Part shown: one piece after another, positions 37,901 to 55,613 of the stretch
Position numbering within the stretch: the first letter of the stretch is position 1
How the letters are laid out: each line of letters opens with the position of its first letter
From: Spizellomyces punctatus DAOM BR117
Lineage: Eukaryota
Length of the DNA: 64,000 bases
NCBI GenBank assembly: GCA_000182565.2
Contig: KQ257466.1
Reading direction: 5' to 3' (one strand)
Program-made: the position numbers and the translations under genes
The notes under the pieces: model-generated
What the model was told of the DNA's origin: nothing
The model's input: only the letters and a program-made list of their open reading frames with translations
The model's database searches: none

Positions 37901-40900
37901 CGCCAAGGAAGGTTCCACTCCAGTACCTTGAAGAGGAAGTGATAGTAAAGGTTTGGGCCCCAAATAATCCAAATGAAGAGGAACCGCGGCTTCAAACAGT
38001 CCCGTCGTCTCCGGGTAGAATGAAATTGTGACCGGATGCGCTTCACCAGGTCCCAAAATTCCTCTCCATGGCTCAATTTTGAATACCTTTTCGCTATCGT
38101 CCAGTGAATCGAGATCAAACCACCATTCCATGGACCGTTTACTAGTATTGGTTAAGGTGATAGTTTCTTTGGCGGCTATGCGCAGGTGCGACACGGAATT
38201 GGGACCTTGGTCCCGGTGGACTACGCGGTTTTTGAAATTGATGGAGGACTTGGAAACAGCTAGAGGGGAAGCTATGCCTTCCGCATCGACGTGAGTCGTT
38301 GGCGTTTGTGCAGAGCCAATGATATATATTGGGAGATCAAAGCTGTGCTTCTTCACGATCGTGGGTCGGAATGAAATGTCAACCGAAATCGTTTCCGTCG
38401 GAGGCACCTCCACCAAATAGATCCGCCCCTTCCCTTGAGACTCATCTAATCGTCCATGCATATCCTCACGAGCTCCCAGAGTAGCGTACAAAGGATGCGA
38501 AGGTCCCAATGCTCTGATCAAATGCCCTTGCTTGGTAGGGCTTTCCGTCTCCCTTACTCGACGATGCCGCCCAGAAGTAGTCCTAGCTCTTGGGGCAGAC
38601 GCCTTCCTAGAAGCAGCAAGGTTATCACGAATTCGTAGTTCGAAATCTGGATGATTTGTCAAGTCAACGACTACACCCGCAGGAACTGAAGCTTTGTTGG
38701 TCAGCGCCATACGCTTGAACCCTGTTGAACCAATGATCGTTCCTTTTCCCATGTCACCGCCTTGGAACTCAACATCCACGTCAGGAATCCTGGCATCGTA
38801 CTTGAACGGTAGGCGAATAATGCGCCCGCTTCCTATGACGGTAATGAGGATCACGTCTTCGACTGTCCCAGGGTGGGTAGGGAGAGCTTGGAGGGTGAAT
38901 TCCAGTGTTCCAGATGGAGCAATACTTCCGGATGCTGGTACAATGCTGACTTCCGATGCAATCTGCTCCTTACGAGCCGAGAAGATAGCAGGATGACCTG
39001 AAGTGTTTTTGATGCGGATAGAGGCTTTTCCCCAAGGAGTGTCTGGTGTGCTCCCGCTTTGTTGTGATAGGCTAAAAATCGTTGGATACACTGCGTTCCA
39101 ACGTTGCAAACCTCCTTCGGCATTATCTGCGTACCCCACAGGCAGTATTCCCAAGTTCAAAGGTCCTTGCTTTATGGACGTTAGCAGAGAACATGTAGCT
39201 GGTGGAATGCTTCCTTTGCAACGAAGACTAAGAGTTTGAGTGATTGTCTTCTCCCCCTCAAACTCATGGAATACTTGCAGTTGGAGTGTATCTTCGCGGG
39301 TGGGCCTCACGCCAGGAAGGTAGGTAATACGGACCTTCATGTTACTTTCTGGACCAACGAAACCTGAGGCCGGCTCTACTGCAAAGCACCCTTCCATTCG
39401 AGTCGCATCAAATTCCGCTGACTGATCACTATCTGGGATAATCCATTGGAAACCAGCTCCGTAGTTTCCTTTATTGATCACTTTAACCTCAGCTGAGGCA
39501 CTAGGTATTGCCGTCGTTTCACGCATCTCCACGTTAATATCGACTGTGTCCGTGGACAATTCCAGCGCAACTGGAGTGACCTCTACTTTCACGGGTATAG
39601 AATACTTGTACCGCCCGTTGATCAAGTACGTAATTTTCTTTTCAATGATTCCCGGTTCGTGCGAGCAAACTCGTACTTCAAATCCTCCTACACTCATTGG
39701 GGGAATCACCAAATGCTGCGGCATAACTACCACACCATTCGACTCGTCATTGCTGAGTTGGTCGTCAAGGTCTAGAATGGAGATGTGAATAGGATGCCTG
39801 CCCGGTGTAGCATTCAAGAAATTGAGTGGGGTAATATTGATAGAGTGGGTTGTTATATTGCCAAAATCAATAAGGGAATGTGCCGTGAAGATGTTGGCGA
39901 GATCAGCGCCACTGAGTGGGATGTCAAAGGTTGATGCTGCTGCTGTACTCGGCGGAAGCATCGGACTGACAGATTTGGCTTTGGTTGAGGTTGGTGTTAA
40001 AAGTTTTTGAAACAGTGCCCGGAGTTTGCGAGGATCATTGTTTGTGTGTTGAGAGTCGTCGGATCGCAGGTGTGAGCTTCTCTTGTTGTTCGACTTGCGG
40101 AGTTCACCTTCGTCACTCTCGGTGTCCGGGCAATCAATCGGTTCAGGGGCAACAAGTCCATTTTCCCGATCGAAACTCCCGTAGTTTTCAGTACTATTCA
40201 GCTTATTCGGATCAATTGCTACTCCATCATCTCCTAGTCGGCATATCCTCATCCGTCTCACTCTCTCTGCTCGACACTGACGTAAATGGTCGGTGTAATG
40301 CTTTCGGTGTGCAACTTTTTGCTCCCACTCTGGATTGGTCTTTAGTGGTGAGGGCTGCTCAGAGAGGCAATCCAAACTTGAGAACTTGCTCATTGTACCA
40401 CGGCCTGTGACAGTCCCCCAATCTGCAAACTCCGTGTCGTGATCAGGCAAGCCATCGACATCATCCTTACTGCCGCTATTTGTTTTTGAATGAAATTGGT
40501 TTTCTGGTTGTGCTCGAAACCGGGCGAGGTAAGAGTCGACAGAAACTTTCGATGCACAGACGCCATGAAGTGTAATTGCGAGCTTTTCCACAAGTTTGTC
40601 CCCTTCAAGCCTCACCAATCCCACTGATCCCACTTCCGTAGAATCACGAGCATGAGGGCCGATAGATTCGATCAGGCAGGGCATGCTACAATGAAAATCA
40701 CCCAGCTGATTTGGCTTGAATGAGACACGCACTAAGACCTCTTCGCCAGGTCGCAAAGTGCCCACGGTTGGCACCGCGTGAAAGTGCGCAACGGACAAAA
40801 ACCTGAAGTGAAAACTCATATTCTCTCCGTTGTTCCTCAGTACCGCTTCGGTGACATTCTGCTGGCCCTGCGGTGTGGCCGCAAACTCGATTGTACGTGG

Positions 40901-42406
40901 CTGGAGTACCGCCCGAATAGGACAAGCCCGTCCTGTCAAGGTAATCGGGACACTCTCCTCCCCTTCACGAACGTAAGGATGTGCAGAAGAATTCACAATC
41001 TTGAGTTCCATCGGAACCTTGTATGCTCTAGGTAATGGCGACTGGAGTGACGATTTGAACCCTCGGGAAGGGGTAGGAAGTCGAGGAGAGAAAGCGAACT
41101 CTATTGGAACAGATTGGTAGGGTTCTAAGGTGCCTTCTGATGGGTAGACTGACATTGAAGCGCGCAAGTCGGCATCCTCGGACGCATTATCCGCTGCTGT
41201 ATCGTCCGTGCTGGTGTTGGCAGTTTCGAGAAGGATTTGACTGAATACCATAGGTTTGCTCTCCCCTGTGTGGGTGATGACCCTATGGAGTGCAAAAGTA
41301 TTCAATACGTCTCAAAATTCGACCTTACCAACACAACGACAACCAATACGCCAAGGAAGGAATTGCGTATCTTACCACCGTACAGGGGTTGGCCCGCGAT
41401 TCTCCAATCTGACGGGAATACCCGCACTCTGTGCGTAATAAATCGTCCCGAAATCGATATTCCCAGGATCCAAGGTGATAGTGTTTCCCGCATTTCTGAA
41501 GCGCAATTTATGGTCAATTACTGTCGCCTTCAATCTCACTGCAATCTCGGTATCTGCTTTAAGCTCCGAATTGGGTTTGGGAACGTCGCTGTCAAGCTTG
41601 ATCTTGACTGTATCAAGCAATTTGCCCACGATGTGTGGATAAAAGTCGATACGGAGGGAGCAGGATGACAGGAGGGGACGTGTGGCAGTCGTTACTCGAG
41701 ATGCTGGCTGAGGTTGAGCCAAAGCTTCCTGTGGTGCTGCCAGTGTAATGGAGGAAGGTGTTACCCGAATTGGTATCTTTGAATCCCAAGTACACGAAAT
41801 TTGGGCCCTCCTTTTGCCAGTGTTCCTGACTTCCACATATCTCGTAATCCACCCATCCTCCAACCCCATCTCCTTTTTTGCAATGAGTGTTCCAAAATCT
41901 ACCTCTTCGTCTGCTTCCAAGTGCGGTCCAGCAGGGTACGCCTCCAATTTCACATCAATATCCTGACCTTCTTCCACAACAACGCGTAGTCGATCCACAA
42001 AGGCGTCGACACCATCCCCCGCTCCACTACTCTTCTTTGAAGCCCATTCAGCAGAAAACTCGACGACAACGCTTACATCCAACCCAGGGGCAACCAGAAT
42101 CCATCCAGTCTCCAATTCTTTCACCCGAAATGCGCCAGTAGTCGGCGGCTGGATCGCGATGCGTTGGACCCGCCGCGTGAGGTTGGTAAGCTTGATGGTA
42201 CGAGATTGACAAACGTTCGGCTCGTAGTCTTTGATTAGAACATGGCGGGGTGTAACACGGATTGAATGGAAGGATTCTTGCAAATGTTTGTCTCGTCTGA
42301 TCGCTGACAGGGTGGACTTGGTGCTGACGGCGATGAGAGATGTGAACTGGGTTGGGCGGGTGCGGTTATTTGGCGCCCCTTTCGGGGACGGCTTTACCGC
42401 CATCAT
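31921..42406 (-). CDS. CFAP47: Cilia- and flagella-associated protein 47 (large multi-exon gene; ASH/Ig-like repeats plus CH domain)
   Basis: Many ASH-like repeats (DFG..., P..G.L.P), IINYGCER, LPVHGTSDGSLL, CH-like EGVLLRWAAYHF..FKNFTTDFQS, GEFWYQLKL. The introns I inspected are GT-AG. Confidence 0.82.
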
Positions 42407-42827
42407 CCTGGTCGGTGATCTAGGACTCGGACTGAACAGATCAATATATATGTCTCCCGAGTTGTATGCCGGTTCCAGGAGTGCTTGATGAAAAAGTCCG
42501 ATCCAAGATCTTAATGTAAGGTGATCGGAGTTTGGATTGGGTAAGGTTTTGGAACTTTCGAAAATTTAAGGGCTGATCCTCGTACCAAAAGGAAGTCTCG
42601 TGGCTAACTTTCGGGCTCTGTGGTTGCAACTTGCAAAGATATAGGTGCTAAAAGATACGTGCCAGATTTTAACATAATATTATATTTGGATAAGGCATAC
42701 CTATAATTATTCCACAATCTCGTGAATACATATAATCTCTATCGCTTTATTACATGTCTTCTACTGTCCTAAAATATGATATCTAATTTACCTAATAATA
42801 TACACAAGTCAGAAGATTCGAAAGAAC

Positions 42828-45649
42828 TTATACATCTAAATAAGGATTCCCGTCTTCGATAACCGTTTTTGCATCCCGTTGTTCAACAATTGCATTTGAT
42901 TCAGAAGGTTTCTCGTCGCGTTTGTTAGTAATAGGCTGACCCGCACTTCTCATTTCACTCTTCTTGGGTTTAATTACACCAAAGTATTCTGCATCGTCAT
43001 CCTGGATCGTGCCGGGGGAGCTAACCAGCTTGGGCGTTTCCAGTACTCGCTGTACCGTACCAACTCGGCTGCGTCCCATTCTCCGACCTGCCATCGGCTC
43101 ACGAGGTAAACTTGGCTGGGACGATTCCGATTTATCGTCCTCCACTCTTACATTGACCGGATCCGTTGCAAGAGCAATTGGAGGTCCTTCCTTACGCTTG
43201 AAACCTTTCAGTGCTGCAAAGACGAATTTGAGACCGGCAGCTGTGAGGAAAAGAAGATGTATGCCGATTATGGACAGAATCTGAATGTATGAGATCAATT
43301 GGGCAATCCAGTCTAAAGAAAGGATCCTCGTCAATAATTTCGAATAAAATATTCCGGGAAGTCCGACCACTCACCAATATGCCAGGCGTTTCTAAACAAA
43401 AAGGAAACAAAGAGAAAGAAAAATATGCCGCTCCGGCAAAACACCAAGAAGAGCTGCCAACGATTCGCCGGTTTTCCGACAAAAGGATTCTTCCATATCA
43501 AGTACGCAAATAACGCTGCATCTCCGCTAATCATGATCGCAAACTGGAGATAAGGTGGTATCAGTTTGCCGAGAATTCCCACCGAAAAGGCGGGTGCCAC
43601 CCGTAACCACCAGGTCAGAGCTATCAAAAACTCGGCATGTGAGATATAGTGAGTCGGATCATATTGGTTGAAGAAAGGGCCATAGAGGAGCATAAACTTT
43701 TGCGAAAGGTATAGAGGGGGAAGTGGCCAAGAAGCTGAACGAGATGCGGAGGTAGCAGCGGTTTGGTTTGAGCGTTTCGAAGAGACGGAGAATGCTCGCA
43801 ATCTGGGTGCTATTATACTCGACGCTGACTCGGGTCCAGGTTTCGTACCCGCAGTGGATACAGATAGTGCTCTCATGCGAGTATACACTTGGGCGGCTTC
43901 TTTCGCCACAACGGTATCTTCCGAGTAGGATCTTATGGACGCTCCACTTCCTACCACAGGTACTGACTCCTTTGTAAAACTTCCAATGTTGTCTCGAATA
44001 CTGCGAGCATAAACTTGGTCTGCAATTTCTGGATCTTCGTCGTCCAACCTCCTATTCATTCGTGCAATGGCAATGAGGCGGAGAGTCATGGTTATAGGTA
44101 CGATGACACCCAAGGTAGCAAACACCAGTCCAGCAAGGGTGTATACAATAGACGGTTCACCGGACAGTGTAAGTTGGTGTAAACTCGTTGACGTCAGGCC
44201 GAAATAAAAAAGAATCAATATGCGAACAAGCCATCCACCAAGATAGTGACGGATGTGGTGATGTTGGTCATCATGCGAGAAAGCATCCGTTTGTGAGAGG
44301 TGGTGACGAGAACGTACCACTACCAAATACAAACGTCAATCGCAATCTAAAAAAAACACGGATGATGTGAACATACCTGCTCTTGCCACAGCAAGACATG
44401 TACAGGATACAAATGCGATCAACACCACCAGCACAAATGGTATCAAGGTATGCAGGAAGATATCTTTCGGATGTAATCCCAGCATTGCCGCATAGCGATC
44501 ATACCCTGTCACAAAGCCATCCGGCTTTATGCCGTTCGTTGGAGCAATCTTTGGCTTGGCCACCGGCGTCGGTGTACTGGTCCCATTGGCCGGTTGCGTC
44601 TGCCGCCTGTTCAACCTGACGTCTCCAGTGCGTGCCTTGATATCTTCCGTCTCTTGGCGTAGAGTCTCCACTCCACCTCCTCGAATATTGTTGGCAATGG
44701 AAGTAATAAAACCCACGTTCCATGTCCCAGTTGCCCAGGCAAGCCGGCTAACGAAGTCCTGGTAGATAATAGGGTAATCAAAGTTCAATTGCCCAGATGC
44801 TGCTGCGAACTGAGCCAAAAGCGCTACATCCATAAAGCCGGGACCAATACGCGATGGCAGCAAACGAGCAGTGGGTGCCCACCCCGAGGAGAGATCATAT
44901 ATCGTAGGATGGTAACCAAATCTCATCAATCGAGCGATTGTCGTCGTTACCCCTGCTGCTACTGCGGTGAAGACGGATCCCCAAGTTCCGACGTAATTGA
45001 TGACCGAGTAGCTAAGGCCAAGGTGAATGCTGATGCAGCCCAGCTGGATTTCATCCGATGTCGCATCTTGGAATATGATACGGGGCTTCCAGTCCAGCAA
45101 TGGCACATTTGCTGGAAGGGATATGTTCTGAATTAAAGATTATATTAGTCTCTTGCGAGCTGCATAGCGTGATCATTATAAGCAAAGAGAGGTTATCCGT
45201 ACTTTGTTGAAAATGAATTTGCCCGCGGCAACAGGGCATTGAACGGAATTGCAAATATCCTCCTTATTCTGGACAAGCAGTGATGCGTTTAGAAGGGTTT
45301 TCGCACCATCGTACTCAACACTTGCTCACTCACCTCCCAATACTCGAACCCAATAACCGCCAAATTCGTTTTTACTAGAGCCAAATAGAGAATGGATGCA
45401 GGATGAGCAAGATCCCTTGACGCTGTCTCTTGAGCAATACATACCAGTCCCATTCGTGAGTGCTTTCTGTGTCGTTCCTTCCCCATATACGTCAATTAAC
45501 CTCGTCTCGGAATCATAGGTCGCTTGCACATTTGAAATCTTGAGTTGTGCGTCTCCATCCGCGGAGCAGGGTGACCATGGTAGTGGGGACGAGGTCAATG
45601 CGATCGCAGTGGGTATTGACGCCAAGAGGAGTGTGGACAGGAAATGCAT
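42828..45649 (-). CDS. FLC/Pkd2-like TRP-family membrane protein with N-terminal ML-like (TRP_N) domain
   Basis: Signal peptide, Cys-containing ML-like domain, PGFMDVALLAQFAAASGQLNFDYPIIYQDF..AW, YGPFFNQY, multiple TM helices. Confidence 0.85.
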
Positions 45650-46313
45650 TGGTGCGAGGTTCAATGCATTGCAATGCAATGTATGAAATGTTTTGAATGA
45701 GGCTATTTGTAATGAGCAACTCTCTGCTTGCTGCTGCTGCTGCTGCTGCGGAATGTCACAGAAAGCGTGCAACCAAAAAGTGTTCCAAAAGCGTTCAGTT
45801 TATGACGTCCCAAAGTGTTGGAGTCAACGGCAATCGTACAACAAAAACTCTTTGTCCATTTTCCGATTATTTAACTGCCCTTTGTTTGCGATTTTAGGGA
45901 ATTTTGCGCTTGCTTTTTGACTTTTTGACTTTTCTGACTGACATCATTTTGGTTTGGAGTTTGAGGGGTTGTTTAGATTTGCCCCCATCCTCCTTCCAAC
46001 CAAGAGGACAACGAATGGGTTGATAGTTTGCTTGCATGTGCTGCCATTTCGATTCCTTTGACAAAAGGATTGGCCTGTCTTGACTGAAAAGAGATGCCCA
46101 ACTAGTTACCATTTGCAACGTATGATCGCGGTTCTACGAGTCAGTTAAGAGAGGGTTTGCTGCATTGCTTCACAGACCCCCGCTACAAGCTATGGCAAGG
46201 AGGCGGTCATATGGACCAAAACAAGCAAACTGACAGCTGTTGCCAGCAAACGACCTTCACTACAAAATGAAAGGGTTAAGTTGAACGGATAGGAAATGCT
46301 CAGAGCTAAAATC

Positions 46314-47753
46314 TCATGTTCCCAATCCTATCACATATCCTATCATTGCACCGACCCCCGCTCCACAGCCCACGGCCCATCCATTTACTGCTTTACATTT
46401 ATGCCTTTTCCTTTCCTCAATTTCATCCATTTCACTTTCATGTCGTCTCTTCATGACCATCCGATCCAGTCCATCTTCAATAGAATCTCGTATGGCCGTG
46501 ATACGATTTGCGAGAGCTTCCGCTCTCATCACATTCTGATCAATGCGTTTGTTGGTCTTTGCTATTTGGTCACTGAGTACAGTGTCCAAATCTGAATGAC
46601 GCTTTTCGACAATATTTTGTAAATTGTTTAACATCGTCTGCAGACGTTCGAGTGCTGACACCATATTTGAGTGTCGGTTTTGCGTGGATTGGTCTAATGC
46701 TCCCAGAGAGGTTTGCGTGGCGTCTAATTGGGACTGAAGGCTCTGGAGTGAGCGTTGGATTGCTAGGCTCTGTTCTAAAGATGTCAGCTGGGCAGGTTCT
46801 TGTTGCGAGGCTTTGCTCACGCTAGCAGGTTCAGAATCTGAATTATGTTCAAGGGTTTGCCGCGCAAACGATCCAGTCTTTCGCGCTAAATGAAGGGGAA
46901 TCTCTAATCGTAGCGCCGACCATAGGCGACGGACGTGGAGTAGTTGAGACACAAGTGCGAGGATGCGGAATTTGGCCACACGAGAGGCCTGTGATGCATC
47001 ATCGTGCTTGTCAAAGGCTTCAGCTTGCGCGTCCAAACTGGGGATTGTTTGCGTATCTTGATCTGAAGTTACTTGACGATCGTCATCACACACGTGCGTA
47101 TCTTTTGTACTTGCATCTGCTCCTCTATTCGTATGGTTATCACCACTCGCATTTTCAGCTTCCCCATCTTCCGAGTCTTCTACTCCATGCGTTTTCTGTT
47201 CTACAGAGCAATCCTTGAAGAAGGGACGTTGGGTTGCTGTATGCTCTGTTGGGATGACGGTGGGGTCCGCTACAATCTTTGGTGTGCGAACAGCCCACTT
47301 TCCAGTGCTATTTACAACTGACGTGCCAGGCATAAGCAGTATGCTCATGTACGAATGAGGAACAGTCATACTTACATCTTGATTGATCTGAGGCAAATAC
47401 TGGTGGCTGTTTTTGTTTGTCACTGGTACCTGTGCTTGGACTCGTGTCTGCGAAATTATTGGACTTGTTCACTACAGGCACGGGAGACGCTTGATCAACA
47501 TCTGGCATGCACAATACAACATTGTGTGGTAAGGTCAATCAACAGCCGTCTAGATGAAATCTCCCTAATGCCAGGAAAAAAATCACTTACTTGGGCATGA
47601 CTTTTCGACTCCCTGCAAGATGTGAATCCTCTTGAGGCTGTTCAACAGCGTCCGAATTTTAGTAGGCTGCTTTCCACTTGGCACACGGATAGTGCTTTGT
47701 GAAAGTTCCGTGTCTGGCAGACTGGCTGTCATCTCCCTTTGTGCCTTTTCCAT
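46314..47753 (-). CDS. Unknown coiled-coil protein with C-terminal tail anchor (about 3 exons; start uncertain)
   Basis: Long heptad region LEQSLAIQRSLQSLQSQLD... ending in WAVGCGAGVGAMIGYVIGLGT*. Upstream exons join via GT-AG. Confidence 0.6.
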
Positions 47754-48933
47754 TCCATCTACTCATTTTGCAAGTTGCAGTTAAATTCGGCCTTCCTCTG
47801 CAATTGACGGTCTAGCAGTGCCAACCTTTATTCACCATTTGATTATCCTTCCTCTCAACACCTTCATCATCAATTAAGCCAAATGTCGTCATATACTGAA
47901 ATTCGTCTCTTTGTTGATCTGATGGAAAAGACAAAGATCCAGCAGATGGAGAGAAATTGGTCATTCTTGCAGAGCGCTTTGTTAAACAGACAAAACAAGA
48001 CGGTCTTTAATGAAGGCATGTCATCAAGTCATCCGCCACATATGGGGCTTATTCAGTCACATTACTCGTGAGTCAAAGTGGTGCGAGTCACATGTGGAGA
48101 TCACTTCAACATTAAAGTAAGTGTTCCATACGGCGGTTACCACTGGACCAAAGACCCAAAAAGCAGCAAACCCAACAGACATCTGGCAAGAAACTGTTCA
48201 CCCCAAAAGTGCGGGCGATCACTGCGCCACCTGCTTATGTGATCACAACGTCAATGTGCTTTGACATTCAGATCTTTTTCAGGCTTCGGCCGGCACCGCC
48301 ATGTCATGATTCGTCAATAGCAGACTATCTTTCAAGCTTGATTTGGTCAGTCTAGCATGGCAGATGTTTATCATGAGTTCCTGACTTCAAGTGAACGTGA
48401 GGTTCAAAGTCCTGCCAGATAATTGATCAATCTCATGCAAACTGTGCTTGTGGGCATGTGTGTGGCGTGGGCAGGTGTCAGTGAGACTGTATATAAAGAC
48501 TCGTTATCATCCTGAAGATCAGTTTGGGTCTGATATGCTCAGATGCCTTGTGCGTAGCAGATTGATCTCACCGCTTTTATACCTCTCATGAAAGCACCCA
48601 CGAGCTGTACGAGAGTTCATGCCAATTAGATGGGTGAGGTGGGTGATGCGTTGGAACTGCATCAAGCGGTTCTAGCTTTGAGAATACTGGCAAACCTGGC
48701 GCAATTACAGGTATTTGCACCGGGCGCCCGCAAGCCATCCATTGAACAAGAAGGAGATGACGATCTCCCACTTCCACTCCCTAGCACAAGTGTCCAGTCA
48801 AACTCTTTGCACATGCACCCCTTCCAAAGAAACACGCAAGGTAGAAAAAGACTTGGCAATATTCGCTAACACTATAGAGAAAAGTTTTAAACCACACACA
48901 AACGCACAAGGATCAGCACACAGATCCCCCAAT

Positions 48934-50138
<1,205 letters not shown>

Positions 50139-50705
50139 CTTATCTACGAATAAATGACGTCTCGAACTCTAATCGATCAATCTCGTGCAGATATACACGA
50201 AACGCGAGTATAAGATCCTTGCACGATTTAGATGTGTACGCGAGATACAAAGTGCTGGTTAAAAGAAAAACACCAAAATGTACAGAGCGAGTGAAGAGGC
50301 TGAGGGTGCCAAAGCGGTCAATCCGCTGTCGGTGCATTCAAAATGCTCGTGATTGCGCTGGGTCAGCTGAGCCATAATGTGGCACGCCCCGCCACACTTT
50401 TTGCGTAATACATTGGAGATCCAAAGGACGGGCTTCCCTTTTAAACCTTCTAATCATTGCAGACTGGACGTTCAAGGCAAGATCCTCGGTTGGAATGCCC
50501 TGTTTTATGGATCCTGCGCACACAGTGTGATGCAAAACAATATGTCGCCAGCCAATCCACAGTTATCTATTCACATCATCTCAGAATCTGCCGTATACTA
50601 CACTTTTAAATTTGTTAGAATTTCCTTTGCATCACTACAGTCTTGACAAAGATGACATGTACGCAGTAATAATCCCCTTTGTCAAATGTCACGACATTTT
50701 AAAAA

Positions 50706-53991
<3,286 letters not shown>

Positions 53992-54012
53992 TGATCATGT
54001 AAGATGGATTTG

Positions 54013-54510
54013 CTTTAACACCAGGGGCTTGGTAGTGTAGAGGGGACAGAAACTGGCACTAGCTACTACACCAGGGAATAAACCGGCGACAACCGGTTCG
54101 GAAAAGCCAAGTAATTCCCTCCTTACAACTAAGTACTACTAGGCCCAATTACACATGCAATACATAACGGTTGTTCTAACCGGGTAACTAAGCCCACCAC
54201 ACGAGAGAAATCCTACTAAGCCCTTGATTCCGAAATTCTTTAGTCGGAGGATGTTCAGATACTAATTAAACCAGAATTAGACTCGGAATACGCGTGGGAA
54301 AATACGAAGACAACACATACCTGCGATCGTTGCAGCATAGTAGTAGCAATGTTTGCAAGGAGTTATGTTGTTGTTGTAGTCGGGTGGGCGAGGTCCTCGG
54401 CACCACCACATCGGTGTTCTCATGATTGATGAGAGTTGGGCAGATGCTTGTGAGTCGAGGATGGGTAAAGAGGAAAGAGGGAAGAGACAGCAAAGGCCCC
54501 CTTTTTATAG
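54013..54510 (-). other. Small spliced transcription unit, copy B; contains a 58-aa ORF (54423-54321 + 54261-54188)
   Basis: TATAAAAA at about 54509, intron 54262-54320, predicted second intron 54013-54163. Peptide MRTPMWWCRGPRPPDYNNNITPCKHCYYYAATIAVSEHPPTKEFRNQGLSRISLVWWA. Paralogous to 17971-18498. Confidence 0.65.
54068..54107 (-). ncRNA. Conserved structured RNA block, copy B
   Basis: GCTTTTCCGAACCGGTTGTCGCCGGTTTATTCCCTGGTGT on the - strand; 39/40 identical to 18372-18411. Confidence 0.6.
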
Positions 54511-55613
54511 ACCTTTGGCATGCGCCTCACCGCAGTTTTAAAAAAAAACAACATTACATTAGCATGCTACACCGCTGCATGCCTCACCGCTTTGGGCGAC
54601 AGCGGGGGTGCTGATTATGCGATATGACTAACCGGATTAATCCGGATAATAATGAGTTCTAGTGCCATTTTCAATCACCGCCACACTATGCATGCTCTGG
54701 TCCTTTGGTCCTCCGTGGTTCTTCAGGGGCCCCTTCGGACAGGTGAGAAGGAGGTCGAATATCAAAAATACGTGATATACCACGCGACCATGTCGGGAGT
54801 TTCCGATGGGCATCTTGTTACTGATACCACCAATGCTGCGGCGTATCCGGAACGAACGTCATTTTGACGTTGCAGGATTGCGATTGGCAGATATATGGAA
54901 CTTCTTGTTGGATCATGTTGGATCATCATCTAAAATGTCTATTCATTCACAGAGAGTGCTGATAAACCATGTCCAAACAAACGATGCCACCCAAGTTCTT
55001 CCCAACGTGCTTAACCCATGACCCTATGCCACCCGTCTATACTGCCATGGAACTTGCAGCACCACCACCAATTGCACCAACTACCATCAAGACAAACAAG
55101 AACCCGCATCAGCAGGAGAGCGCGATCGTTCTTTGTTCAAAAGCGCGTCACACTCCGACATGACTAAGCCCACGGGGTTCCAATGGGAGACCCGCAGATT
55201 TCGGACAAATGTGTTGGTAATGCCAATCCAGGATAAGACTGCGCATACCACAAGCTTTTCCCCCGCATCCTTTTCGTTTTTCTCCCTTGAACCTTTTTTC
55301 ATCATCCCCGTAGCATCTTGTCTCTCGTCCATTCCCTTACGATTATCGACTCACTCGTACACTACCGCATACTTGATTTCTTCACACCTTGCGACACACG
55401 AGTTATACCCTCCGTCCTCACTTTCCCGCGTTTCTATCATTTATTTTCGCTCACTACTCCAAATCACAGAAGTCGGAGGTTTGTCATCGGTTCTATAGGA
55501 GTTTTGTATGGTTCTTTACTGTCGTAGTTGGATGTTTACTTACTCGCACCTAGTTTCAGACTGCATCTTAGCTTCCTTCTGATCACGACATTGGAGCTTT
55601 TGTACTGCGCAAC

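Noticed and set aside
48036-48056. ACATATGGGGCTTATTC resembling the RNase MRP/P CR-V motif
   Set aside because: No matching CR-I (GAAAGTCCCC) partner upstream to form helix P4.
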